64,000 nucleotides of DNA from Monocercomonoides exilis PA203 (taxonomy: Eukaryota > Protista > Preaxostyla), in NCBI GenBank assembly GCA_001643675.2, contig LSRY02000041.1, positions 310,001-374,000 on the forward strand, written 5' to 3'. Made by a program: the position numbers and the translations under genes. Under the pieces are notes generated by a model that ran no database searches, was not told where the DNA came from, and saw nothing but the letters and a program-made list of their open reading frames with translations. The first letter of the stretch is position 1; each line of letters opens with the position of its first letter. Of the stretch, positions 1 through 12,700 are shown in pieces.

Positions 1-720
1 ATTCTGACATTGCCGTATAATCATGTTAGCTTTTCTCACAATCCTCTCTTTTGAATAACATTTCCACAACTTCCCTTATAAATGGAGAGTCACAAAATGA
101 AAACCAATTTTCATCGGTAGCACTTTCATTTATTGATAGCTTTTGATGAGGAAAGAGTATCTCTGATTTTTTCACTTTTCCTATTTCAATTGCAATAACG
201 TTATCGAAACACATTTTGAATCAGACAAATACCATGAATTCTCGCTCCTTTTAATCTGCAATGTGAAATCACTCTTCTGCTGAGAGACAATGAGAAAAAA
301 GATGTTTGCATCTGCTTTTTTGTGTTGATATGAAAATAACAAACGAATTGATTCAACAAAAAAATGAAAAAAATGAAAAAAATGAAAATATATCTCAAGA
401 TACACACACATCAAACAAAGCAACAAAACCAACAATCCATTTTCAAATGAACAACTTTGAATCCTTCTCCTTCACTTACACACACACACACACCCGACAA
501 TCCCGTCATGCTCATTCTGGTGCTTTCTCCATTGCCGTGCTGTCTTCCACCCCTGCCATCTGAAGCCCCCTTTCAGTCATCGCAACTGCAAGAATTACAA
601 ACGGTCGCAGCCGGCACAGCGTGCTCAGCAGCATTTTCTTCACCAGATCTGTTCGGCTCACCATATACTAGAAAAATAGCATCTCAAACACCTCTACCAG
701 CTCCCCATAGTCTTCGCATT

Positions 721-771
721 CCTCACACTCCTCACACTCCTCACACTCCTCACACTCCTCACACTCCTCAC
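721..771. repeat. 9-bp tandem repeat (CCTCACACT) x5.5 within a decayed coding-like segment
   Basis: Direct reading; gives PHT repeats on + and ECE repeats on -. Surrounding ORFs are short and broken. Confidence 0.9.
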
Positions 772-1206
772 TTCTCTTTTTTCTGCTCAACTCTGTTTTG
801 TCTTCCTCAATCAAGCTCTCAAACATCTCCTCAAGCAGAAAGAACGGCACACTCATTCAATAACTCACCATCTGTTCCTGCTCCTTGCCAACACATTTTT
901 CTTGCCTTCGCTTTTGATTGCTCCACCCTTCCTTTGGATTTGTTCTTTATCTCTAACTCCATACCTAATAATGTTTCATTTTCTTCGTTTCGTTTCTTTT
1001 TCCAGTGATAGTTCATTTCCATCAATAAGTTATTAATTTGAGAAACAATTCAAAGTGCTTGAATCTTTATCTCAAAACAAACTTTTTGCGAATAAATTGT
1101 TGCCACAACGCATCTTTCTCATGAATATTGTTGAAGTGGAATTCTTTTGATAGAAAGCTTTATTGTATTAATTCTAAAATTGTTTGTAACTATTGGTCGA
1201 ATATCA

Positions 1207-1237
<31 letters not shown>

Positions 1238-2074
1238 TTGTATTCAAACAATTGCAAAATATAAAAGAACACTTATTCAATCTTTCATTGTGTTTTCTTT
1301 CAACGAATTCAAATTCTTTTTTTCAAACTCGGTTTATGTTTGCTCATTTTAAATAAACAATCTATTCAAATACAACAGAAAGAATTCTTCTCGGATTGAT
1401 AAAAGAAATTTTTATTCTAATCCAAAAACAATTTCATTAAAATGTTGCAAAATTTCACATTGTTGTTAAAAAAAGGTTGAAATGTTATAATCATTTTATT
1501 ATTATTGGTTATTATTATATCTTGACCTTTTTTTTCCCCTGTCCACTGCATTGCACAAGCCTGTTTTAAATTTATAATAACCATGAATGTTTCTAATACT
1601 TTTATCTTCTTATTGTTAATTTTTTATTCAATATTACATGTTTTTCAAAATGATCAATGATGATAAAAATTTGAAATAATTCAAAAACATAGTGTCAGTA
1701 ATTTATCTGGATTTTTTTTGTAAACAGTGCCTAAATTTTTCAATAGAAAATTAAAATTCCCACTTTTTAAATATTTATTAACGTTATCAGTATATAAGCA
1801 AACCCTGAAAATTAGGATAATTTCATTTGAATACGAAGCTTATTTCCAATGAGGGAGAAATGGGGGGAGGGGGGGAGTGTGGTGGTTAATCCCTTCCATC
1901 AAAAAAAACAAATAAATAGGTCTGGAATAAGGGGTGAAAAACCATTTAAATTCGTTTTTCATGAAAATAAAAATATGACTTAAATGAAAATTGAAAATTT
2001 AAATAAAAATAAAAATTAATAAATTTATAAACTGGACTTAAGATCATAACCATAATAAAAAAATTAATATTACT

Positions 2075-3950
2075 GTGGTACAAATGAGAATTGCTGGACA
2101 AAGGAAATTACGTGCTGCAATGAAATCTTTCGATTACAGAAGGATCGACAATCGGCTGGAACGCATTAAGCGCATTGTGGTTGATGGAGTTGTCAGGATT
2201 ACGGACTCCATAAACTCCATAAAATTCTCACACAAAAGGATAAAAAATACTGAACAAATTCTGAGAAGCCAAAAGCTGGTTTCAAAAGTTGGAAGATCGC
2301 GATTTGTTGGTGGAGGCAAAGAACAAATTGTGCAGGAAGAGATCATCATTGAATCAAGATCTGGAAGCTGTTTGCTTAAACGGAAAGTTCGCGAATTGGT
2401 TTTTTGTTGTTTATAAATTAATAATTCTTGAAGAATCATCAAATGGAAATAGAAATTATTGATATAGATGACAAGGATGCCCCTGCATTATCGTTTCAAT
2501 CGGAACCGCTTACCAATTTGTGAAGCACCATTCAGAGCTGAAGAGAAGTTCTCCGAAAAATGTTGATGTTAATCGCCTTGCGGTGTCGTGCCAAAGTGTT
2601 CCGCAGCCCTGGTATTCATTACTGGACGGATTACATGAAAAAAATGAGCACTGCAAAGAACAAATATTCTACATGGATGAGTTATCACAAAGAGTCCCAA
2701 CAAATTTAAAGCTGAGCGTGGTTCATCCTGAAAATGAAAATCCAGTATTTCGTAAAGAACCACCAAAAACAACAAATACAACTCTTGTTGCTGCTGTGGC
2801 TGCTGATGGATTTGCACTTCCTTCTGTGATTCTATGGCCTAGTAAAAGTCTTCCTGATGAAATAAAACCACTGCTGTCACAGACTCTGGATATCTGAAAG
2901 AACAGAAGAGGTTGTATGAGTTGCAATCAATTCAAAAAGTGCGCACATACAACACTCCTTCAAGGAATTATCAATGGCAGAAAGAGCATATCACTGGAAA
3001 ACTCTCACTGCTTGCTTCTCATCGATTCACACACTTCTCGCGCAGATCCGACAATCTGAAGAGAATTTCAAAATGAAAATACCGACTTCGTCACCTTCAT
3101 TCCTCACAGCACACATATCGCCCAGCCTTATGACAGAGGAGTCTTTGTTGTTCTCAAAACAGAACTGCAAACAAAATATGAACTTCCATCTTCTTCAACA
3201 TCTTCATTAAAAATAACAGCTCTTGTGGATGTTCTCCCTCAAGCAATTCTTACCGCCCTCTCACCTGCTGTGAAAAAAAAATCCTTCGCAACAAGTGGAG
3301 TTTTTCATTTTGAATCTGGACCGATTCTCATGAAGCTTCCAGAAACATCAGAATTAAACCTCTGTGACATGACAAGAGAAAATTGAAAAAATGACAAAAT
3401 GACTGACAAGATATTTATGACTTGTCAAAAAGGGTTATTTATAACGATTTCAAAATTCTTTATTACTATAATAATGAATTTGATAATCTTTGTTAATAAT
3501 TCTTATTATTTTGAAAAAACAAAAATTAAAATAAAATGATCAAGTTCCCAACATATATTTTTATGACACGAAATGACAGTTGAGGAATATTTTTGTCACA
3601 ATTTGTCATTGACAGTCACTGACGGTCACTGACGGTCACTGACATCAGAGAAAAAATGACAACATATTACAGATGTCATCAACAAATCTTTTCCATAGTG
3701 CTTTGAAAAGTCTTTGGAAGTTTTAGCAATAGTTTATTGTATATTAATACTAAATTAAATTTTTATTTTTTATTTTATTTTATTTTTTTTTTTGTGACAG
3801 ACGAGGCTTCAAGCAATTTGTCAGGTCACAGAGGTATAATCAGAATATCAACGTTCATCACATTCAAATAGATTCGACTTCTATGGCAAGATAATTACTG
3901 ATGAGAAGCTTCTGAATGATTGGAGTGAACATTTGGGTGATTCTTTTTGA
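2075..3950 (+). pseudogene. Decayed pogo/Tigger-like (DDE_1 / CENP-B family) transposase, interrupted by a MITE at 3355-3838
   Basis: Motifs in shifting frames: TTLVAAVAADGFALPSVILWP (2520-2897 ORF), LLLIDSHTSR (~3010-3040), PHSTHIAQPYDRGVF (~3100-3145). Multiple stops and frameshifts. Confidence 0.85.
3355..3838. mobile_element. 484-bp MITE with 21-bp TIRs and 8-bp TSD (hAT-like)
   Basis: Left end TAAACCTCTGTGACATGACAA and right end TTGTCAGGTCACAGAGGTATA (2 mismatches). ATCAGAAT is duplicated at 3347-3354 and 3839-3846. Many internal TGAC/GTCA motifs. Confidence 0.93.
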
Positions 3951-4437
3951 AAAGTCACAAATATTTAATTTTCAAATATGACAAAAATTTCATATTTTGC
4001 TAAATATTTTGTTAACAAATATCAAACCTAACTTTTATAGAATATATTCCTTGAAAATGCTATTTCAAACATTCTTGAGGAGATTTGTGAGCTGAAACAG
4101 AAATTTGAGCAAATTATGAAAATTTTGATATATTTGAAAGTTAAACATTTGTGACTTTTCAAAAAGAATCACCCATTTGTGTATAAAAGAAGATGAAAAA
4201 GTTGAAAAATAAGAAAAAGAAGAAACAATTGATGATGAAAAGAATTCTTCTGAACAAATGAAAAAAACAGAACAAAAAGAAGATAATAAGTTAGAATTTT
4301 TGGTTGAAATGAAAAAATAAAGAGAAAATTTGAAGTGAAAGAAGATGATCATGAAAATGAAAAGGAAGAAATGAATGTAATTGAAAGAAAATAAAAGGAA
4401 AAATCAATGATTTGGATTTTAATTTCCAACTTATGTT

Positions 4438-7400
4438 TAAACCTCCTCGTCACCCTGCCAGTGAGGAGTCTTTTTTTCTTTAGTGACTGACGAACTGATA
4501 ATTACTTTGTCACTGTTTGATTTAATCGAAAGTCCTTTTTTTCTGCTGGCTTGTCCATACGGATAATTAAATTTTGTTGTCCTTTTAAAACAATATAAAT
4601 TTTGTATTTGAAAAAAATAGTTTTTTTTACAAACTTGGACATCAATTTTTAATTTTGGATAAGAATTTTGATCAAGTCAGTTAATGATTTTTTTGATCGT
4701 CACTTTTTCAGATCTTTTGTCACTTTCGTAACTGTCAAGTCACTTGTCAATTCTTATTGCAAAACAAAATATTGGTTTCACGGATTCGATAAATGGAGAT
4801 ATTTTGAGCATTAATTAGATAATCGCGGAAATTTCAAATTCATTCATGCTCTGAAAATTGAATGAAGTGATAAAAGCTGTAAGCAAGTGTGAAAAGTATT
4901 TGACTAACAAGAAAGCACAAATTTTTATTAAGTTTTTTGTTTTAAAGAAGATATTCATTATCATGAAAAAATGAACATCAAATACGAAGGAATTCATTGA
5001 AGAGAGATAATAATTGTGCAGTTCGCAAATAATAATATTTGTGAAGCGAAGGAGGGACATGCTGATGATGATGATGTGAATTGCACGAGTTCTTTTCAGC
5101 CAGTGAACGAAGTCTATTTTAATGTTTAAGTATTGAAAATAACGCATTTCGCAGAATATTCAATACAATGTTCAACTATTGATATTTTCGACTGATTTAC
5201 AGCATCAGAGAAACTTGATTAAACTTGTTCTGTCAAGAAAAAAAGAGCTTATTAAACTTTGTTTGTTGTCGTATTTATCAACTTTAGAAAAAATGAAATG
5301 GATAGATGAATGATTGATGACGTTTCAAATAATCCTCACTCAATATTTTCAGAGAAAGTGATATCTTCAATATATTCTCAACATTTTTAAATGGTCCAAT
5401 CCAAGTTCTGTAACACATATTTTTTTTTGAAATCGATTATTTTCAAGGGATTGCAAAGTGGTTGGAGAAAAACGTCAGAGCTTATCAATTGAGATAAAGA
5501 ACTGTTTGTTATAATTCTGAAATTGTGAAAGAATCTTTTTTCAGACAGTTTCATTTCTTATTAGAAATAAACATGCGAATTTTTAATAAACATCTCATAT
5601 TTTTTCAAAATGAAAATGATTTTCCTTTCTTCAGTCAAAAATCATAATTCCACCTATCTCTTCTTCTGTTCTAACCATTTCTCTCCAGAAGGGCATCTTG
5701 CCTTTTTTCGCATTCAAGCAGCGCAATCTCCAAAATTGCGTACGCCGTTCCTGTAGAATTCAACAAGATGAGGTTATCAAACGAGCTGGTGCTGCTTCCA
5801 AAAGCATGCGCATTGCTCTCTTCTCTATTTCGACAAGCGCTAGATGTGGTATTTTCTTTAGAAGCACAATACAATGAAAAATGATTATCAATGCTTCCAT
5901 ATTCTCAGAACTCAGCTGAAAGATGGCTGAAATCTGCTTTCGGATGTACGAGAAGCTTTTTCAGACGGTGTGGACGAAAGAGAGAAGAAGGAAAGGCCAG
6001 ATTGGAGCGTGTGTGGGGTGTTTGAGGAAGAGAGGTATAAGAAGTGGAAGAGAGCGATGGATGCGAAGCAGGGGGCGGTGGTGTTTCCATAGAGAAAAAT
6101 GCAGAGAGAAGGTAAAATTGCAATGCGTGTGTTGAAAAAGCAAATTAGTGTTAAAGTACTTTTTGTTGATTGATAATTCTATTATGACAAGGAGATGAAA
6201 ATGGAGTATTTTAAGAGCATTATTTTCGTTTGAAGAAGAAGAAGAGGAGGAGGAGGAGAAGGAAGAAGAAGAAGAAGAAGAAGAAGAATTAACAGAAGAA
6301 GAATTTGAAGAAGAAGAAGAAGAGGAAGAAGAAGAGGAAGAAGAAGAGGAAGAAGAAGAGGAAGAAGAAGATGATGATGAGGAAGCGGAAGAGGAAGAAA
6401 AAACTGAGGAGAAAAATATTGATTATGAGACAAAAAAAGAAAGTGCAACAGATTATGAAGAATATGAACATGAATATGAAGGTGAATATGAAGACGGAGA
6501 AGAAGAAGATAAGAGAAAGAAGGCAAAAGAAGAAGAGGAAGAGGAAGAAAAAATAGAAGAGGATGATGATGAAATTAAGTGATGGTTGTCAATTCCATTT
6601 TTGTGTGTGAAGAACCCACGGTTTATCAATGCTCCCTAATATGCATGGGGTAGCCTTGGTGACTGCTGCATTCACGTTGGTGCTTGTGCTTGTGCTTGTT
6701 TTTGAGAAAAGAAAGGATAATGTTGCTGCTGATGTTGCTTGCGGTGTGTGGAGCCTGCTATCCACATATTCCCCATGTTTCATATTGGCTGATATACAAA
6801 CTCAGCATTCCTTTGTATATTTGCAATGATCAGTGAGTAACCAACAATCGTCCCTTGCATTGGCTCTCTTCCACCATCGTAACATCCACATTGCATCCCT
6901 CTCCACATGCTCTTCGCATGCTCCTCCATATCCTCCGTTTGTTCCTCGTTCTCCTTTTCATCTTTCTCCTCCTTCCCATCGTTGCAAACCACTCAAATTC
7001 ATTAACTTCTTCCGTGAGCGCTGCCATTACCGCTTTGGCTGCTGCTGTTGTTACCGATTCATCATTAAGCATTCGCCATTTGTATATCCTCTACCATCTT
7101 CCACATGAAAGCTCTCCTTCAGCCTCTCCCTCTCTCTCTCCGCCAAGCTATATCTCTTTCTCTGTTGATCCCTCCTCTCTAGATTCCCCTTGACAGCAAC
7201 ACAACATCTGCAGCAATTTTCCTTCCCTGTCTTATCACCATAACTGATTGTGCAACAGATTCACCTGACTGCTGCTGGCTGAACGCTCACCATCACTGGA
7301 CGTTCTTGCTCTCCTGTGCTTCCCCTCTAGTGACAAAATCTGCTCCAATTCGATTGCCAAAGAACTATTCAGCTCGCACAGTATAGCCTTCAGCTTCATC

Positions 7401-8408
7401 AGTGTCTCTTTTGTATCGGAGTTTTTCTTTGCTGAGATTCTCTGTGCGTTCTCTTCTTTTGCAATATTCTTCGACTGCAGCCACATCACCGACAGATCAA
7501 CAATCACGCAAAACTTGTACACAGAGCAATGAACTGATCCATTTCTACTTTCCTCAAAAAATTCGTCCAATTATCACATCCGACCTCTTTCATTTGTTGC
7601 AGCTTATTCTCCCCCACCAGCTCTCTCGCTTTCCATTGATCCAGTTGCTCCACATTTCTTCTCGAAGTATCTCCACTCATCGGTTCGGAGAAATATTTTC
7701 AGAGCTTCAATGATGCTCAGGCTGCTCACGTATATGTTTAAGATAGCTTTTCACTTTTATTCTCTTCTTTCCATTCTTCTCTTTTCTTCTTCTCCAATTT
7801 CTCAAACAATCACGGTTTTGTTGATTTAAACTCTTCTTCCACATATTTTCTCAAATATCCTATGAAAAAAAGCAGAACAAAAAGGCAATTATTCTGTTAT
7901 GCAACTTGCAGGAACTGGCTTGAAAGAAGAAAATGATAAAATCAATCTGTAATTACTGAATGATGACGTGTTAGTAAATGGATAGTTATGAAGAATTCCA
8001 ATCCCATAACTTGTGTTGATTGCAATATATCCTTTTGACAATAACGAATGATTTCGCCATGCTTTTCAACAAAGTTAATCTTCCAAAAGCAGTTATTGTT
8101 CTATTTGGAATCCGGAATATATACATATATTGCATGAATCTATATTTGATGTAATTATCATTTCAATAAATCTCTTTCGAAATTTTAAAGAATTTATTGT
8201 GTTATTCTTTCGAAAGTCAAACGATGAAATTTGATAAATTTAATATGGGTCATGCAAGAGATAATTTCTTTGAAAACTTTGAGAATAAAAACACGAATCA
8301 CTTTTATGTTATTATACCACTCAATCAATCAATTTAATAACCGGAAAAAAAAAAGGTGACAAAGTGACTGAAGAATAATTTTGTTTTTCGGGGTAACGCA
8401 GAGGCTTA
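4438..8408. mobile_element. ~3.97-kb non-autonomous TIR element with 8-bp TSD (hAT-like) carrying GC-richer cargo
   Basis: Left end TAAACCTCCTCGTCACCCTG; reverse complement of the right end TAAGCCTCTGCGTTACCCCG (15/20). Perfect CTTATGTT duplication at 4430-4437 and 8409-8416. Subterminal GTCAC/GTGAC clusters at both ends. Confidence 0.88.
6231..6572. repeat. GAA/GAG-rich low-complexity tract (decayed poly-Glu coding sequence)
   Basis: Direct reading; the acidic frame is broken by stops. Confidence 0.85.
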
Positions 8409-8848
8409 CTTATGTTGTGATCAAAGTGGTTAATATGATTATTAAACAAAAAACATCAAAAGCATGTGCAACATTTCCATTATTATATCTCCTTATTTTT
8501 CATTGAATCTTTCATGGTAAATTCGAGAAAGCAGTCGTTTATTTAAATTCACTGCCTCTCATCCAATTATAAGAGAGTTTATTCGAATGAAATCAGATAA
8601 TTCGAATAATAACTTTTTATTCACATTTCATCCAATACCATTGATTACAATCCATTCATTTTTTCACAAACTTTTTTTCTTTGTTCTAATTGTTTATTAT
8701 ATTTTCTTTCTTCTTTCTTCTTTTTCTATTGATATTGTTATTTGTTTGTTTGATAGTTTATTAAATGTAAACTCAAAACAGAAAATAAAGGGTATTAATA
8801 ATCATATTGTGGTTATTTTTTATTTATTCTCTACTCATATTTCAGCAC

Positions 8849-11001
8849 ATGTCAACTGCAAAGGCTTCAGTTTCCGATGTTTGTGCTAAACTTTATTTGT
8901 ATTTTGTTATTTTAAGATATTTCTTGTTATCAGGCGGTTCCGCCTTGTCCTCTTATACAAGAAATATCATCAGAAGGTTTATCTGCTGATGAATGGAAGG
9001 CACGAGGGAACAAGCACTTTAATGAAGGGAAATATAATGAGGCAATCGAATGTTATGATAAAGCTATTGAAATTTCCCCAAGTGCACCACTTTATTCAAA
9101 TCGTTCACTGTGTAATATTCGATTAGAGAATTATGGATATGCCGTGCAAGATGCAACTTTGGCAATAAAAACAGATCCAACATTTCAAAAGGGATATTAT
9201 AGACGTGGGTGTGCTTACTTGCAACTCAAGCAGTTTAATGAGGCTATTGCAGATTTAAAAAAACAAGCTGAATTAACACCTAATAATTTGGAGGTGCGAA
9301 CAAAACTGAATGAAGCGAGAACAAAACTATCTTCTCTTTTTAGCAAGGCTATTTCACTCCCTTCATCACAAGCAAGTGCATTGATCACAAGCGAAAAATC
9401 TCATCTCACAATTCCTGAAAGCTATGCAGGGCCACGATTTTCATTTCCCATCACATCATCCAATTGTCCATCAACCTTAATTACGGAAGAAACTGCAACT
9501 TGGATGAGATCCCAAAAACTCATCCCATATGGATACGTCATACCACTTTTGGAACAAATGATTACTGTTTTTTCTTCAGAACCAAATTTGGTGACAGTTC
9601 CTCTAACAAGGCGAGGAGTAACTGTTGTGGGTGATACTCACGGACAATTTTATGATCTTCTCAACATATTCCGTCTGAATGGATTTCCTTCTGAAGATAA
9701 CATCTATGTGTTTAATGGTGATTATGTGGATCGAGGTTCATTTTCGATGGAGGTCATTCTGTTTTTGTTCTTGCTGAAGGCGCGCTATCCAAAGCACCTT
9801 ATTCTTCTCCGAGGGAACCACGAAACAGACAACATGAACGAGATGTATGGGTTTAAAGGCGAATGCGATGCCAAATACAACAAGCAGCTATTTCCGATTT
9901 TCTCTCATGTCTTTAATCACCTTCCAATTTGTGCACTGCTTACTGATGAAGAGGAGCTGAAAAAAGAAGATGAGGAAAAAGAAGAAGGAAAAGAAGAAGG
10001 AAAAGAAGAAGAAGAAGAGGAGGAGGAGAATAAGAAGAATAAGAAGAAGAAGACACCAACACGAGTGCTCTGTGTCCATGGTGGTATCCCAACAACAGAC
10101 GGAGTGAAGCTGAGCCAAATTCAGGCCTTCGACCGCAAGCAGCAGCCACCAGATGATCCAGAGTCCATCTTTGCCGACCTTGTCTGGACTGACCCACAGC
10201 AGCAGCCAGGCAGAAGCCCCTCGCCACGTGGAGTTAGATACATGTTTGGTATGTTGTCTGAAGGAAAGAAAAATAACTTGTTCTTTCTTTCTTTAATTCT
10301 TTAATTCTTTCTTCTTTTTACTTAAAATTTATATTTTATTTGATTGAATGATCTGTTTTGTGAAACATTTTACACGTTTTTTTTAACATTTGATATTGAT
10401 CATTTTATTTCATTTTTTATTTCAATCACTTATATATTCTGCTTTTATTTATTTATCTATCTATCTATCTATTTATTTATTTATTTTATGATTTATTTTT
10501 TTTGCTTTATATTCTTTCTCTTTTTCTTCTTCCATCTCAACAGGCCCTGATGTCACTGAGCAGTTTCTTGCGGACAACGATCTGTCGTACATCATCCGCT
10601 CGCACCAAGTGGTAGACGAAGGCTTTGAGCTCAACCACGGCGGCAAATGCATCACCGTCTTCTCTGCGCCACACTACTGCGACTTCCAAACAAACAAGGG
10701 ATCGATCATGAAGGTACGCCCCCGCTGGCTGGCAGAGGAGCTGAAGGAGGACTTGAAAGGGAAGAAGGACAAGCAGGACAAGCAAGGCAAACAGGAGGGA
10801 GGGTGCTTCTGGATGACAGAGGAAGAGATGAAGGCAGAGCGGCAGGCGCTTCTGGATGAGGCAGCAGCGTTTGACAAGATGGGGGCAAAAGTGATCCCTT
10901 GCAACGTTCAAGGCCTCACCATTGTACAATTCGATCAAGTCCCTCATCCTCCTGTTGCTGCAATGAAGTATTCACCTTTCAGTAGATTCGGATTCTTCTA
11001 A
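8849..11001 (+). CDS. PPP5C: Serine/threonine protein phosphatase 5 (TPR + PPP catalytic domain); exons 8849-8878, 8934-10248, 10544-11001
   Basis: TPR start ADEWKARGNKHFNEGKYNEAIECY. PPP motifs GDTHGQ, GDYVDRG, RGNHE, HGG, RSHQ, SAPHYCD and C-terminal VPHP..MKY. GT-AG introns at 8879-8933 and 10249-10543 keep the frame (MFG|PDVT). Confidence 0.96.
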
Positions 11002-11401
11002 AGTTTATTATTTAAAAATATTATTTTTTAAATTATCATTTCACTGGATATTTAAATGGGATTAGAACACTCTTGAAAAGAAGTGAAAGTTCCAATTTTT
11101 TCAGCTTTAATTGATTTTTAATTCACATATCTTTATTTATGAGACATGCAAGTTGGCTCCTTTATGTTTAACGATTTATAAAATAACTTTTTCGAAAAAA
11201 ACAACTAAAAGAAAAAATTAAAGAATATGAATGATCTGAAATATTATAAAATGAATTCCCTTTTTATCAACATTTTTATCAATGGAGTCAAACATTGAAA
11301 ATGACAAATTGACACTGTTGTTGTATAATTGTGAATGTATTACTCATTTTCTGTAACATTTTTCTATTTCCTCATGAAAACCTTCAGACAAACTTTCTCA
11401 A

Positions 11402-11926
11402 TTGTCGCAAAAGAAATTCCTCAAATCTCCAATTGAAGATGACTTTGAACTTGATCACATGTTTGACGATTTGTTGGGTTTTGTTCTTTTGAGTGAAAAT
11501 ATATTCGAAAAACAAAAAGTTGGAAAGAAACTTTTACAAATGTTAAAAACATCCAATTGGATTGAGCACGCGCATATTAATGCAGATTTAGTAAACTTTT
11601 TGCTTTACATGATTTCAGATCCATTTTCTTATGGAAATCTATTTGATCTCTATTCCATTTTAGGCCGTGTGATGCGTCATGTTAAAAATGAAGAAAGAAT
11701 TTTTTCTTTATTGATTTCAACAAACTTTCTGAATTCTTCTGTTGAATTATGCGCATGCATCAGTAATGAGGTTTCGATAACAGAAATATTATTATTTTTC
11801 TACAATTTCTTTCAATGCTGTGCCAGCTCAAAGTTTGCAAGTTGTGATAATTTTATAAAAAATTTATTTTTTGTAATAGTTCAAACAAAAAGAATGAAAT
11901 GTTCAATATTTGTTCCAATATTTTAG
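11402..11926 (+). CDS. Hypothetical helical (possibly ARM-like) protein fragment, perhaps a pseudogene
   Basis: 174-codon ORF in very AT-rich DNA with amphipathic helical composition; no recognisable motif and no clear start. Confidence 0.35.
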   Translation: MSQKKFLKSPIEDDFELDHMFDDLLGFVLLSENIFEKQKVGKKLLQMLKTSNWIEHAHINADLVNFLLYMISDPFSYGNLFDLYSILGRVMRHVKNEERIFSLLISTNFLNSSVELCACISNEVSITEILLFFYNFFQCCASSKFASCDNFIKNLFFVIVQTKRMKCSIFVPIF

Positions 11927-12700
11927 AGCAAGCTGGATTTTATGATATTTTGCGCGCTTTTCAGCAATCTTTCATCACAATTCGTTCAATGGCTTATCAG
12001 CTGAAAGATAATTATTTGGATATTTTCTTATGATCACTCAAACTTTATTTGAATACCATTAATTTGTTCAATTGTCAAATGAATGGCAACCTTAACCTAA
12101 AGCGAGAAGAAGATCAAAAGACACTTTTTGAATATTTATTTACACAATAATTCATAGTTATTTAACAAAATTTAACTCAAATAATTTATTGGTCGTTTGC
12201 GGTAGACTGTTACTCGATTGGAATTATTTTGCAACTCGTTCGATGCCTTATATATATATATGTATATATATTTAATTTTGCGAGAATGATTTTGGCTCAT
12301 TGGAGAAGTCTTTATTCAGAGTTAGCTAATTTCAAGTTGTAAAACAATAATATTTGCAGAATATTAAACATTTACAGATTTATATTCTTATAACTTGTTT
12401 AATAAATTTATTGTTGATTTATAGCTGCAACTTGTAGCTTTCAGTTTAACAAGCTAAATTTGAAAATAGAGCTTAAATCTTTTCATCAATGATAAAGTTT
12501 TTCAATATGAACATTTAAAAGCCAACATATCATTGCAGATTGATTTTTGAAAATTTCATTGAATCATGCAATTTATGTAAAAGTTTTCAATTATTAAAAA
12601 GAAAAAAGTTCATTTAAAAAATCCGAAACACTTATATAAATGGGAAAAAAAATTGAAAAAAGAAAGAAAGATACAACATGATGCAATATAAAAACGCTTT

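Noticed and set aside
457-1025. 183-aa + ORF and overlapping - ORFs as a real gene
   Set aside because: Low complexity, no motif, and frames broken on the minus strand; neither strand nor product can be supported.
3607-3645. Short direct repeats (TGACGGTCAC)n as a CRISPR-like array
   Set aside because: No spacers; these are subterminal repeats inside a MITE.
8792-8845. Possible 5'-UTR intron just before the PP5 ATG (GTATT..TTCAG)
   Set aside because: Plausible, but indistinguishable from chance in AT-rich DNA without transcripts.
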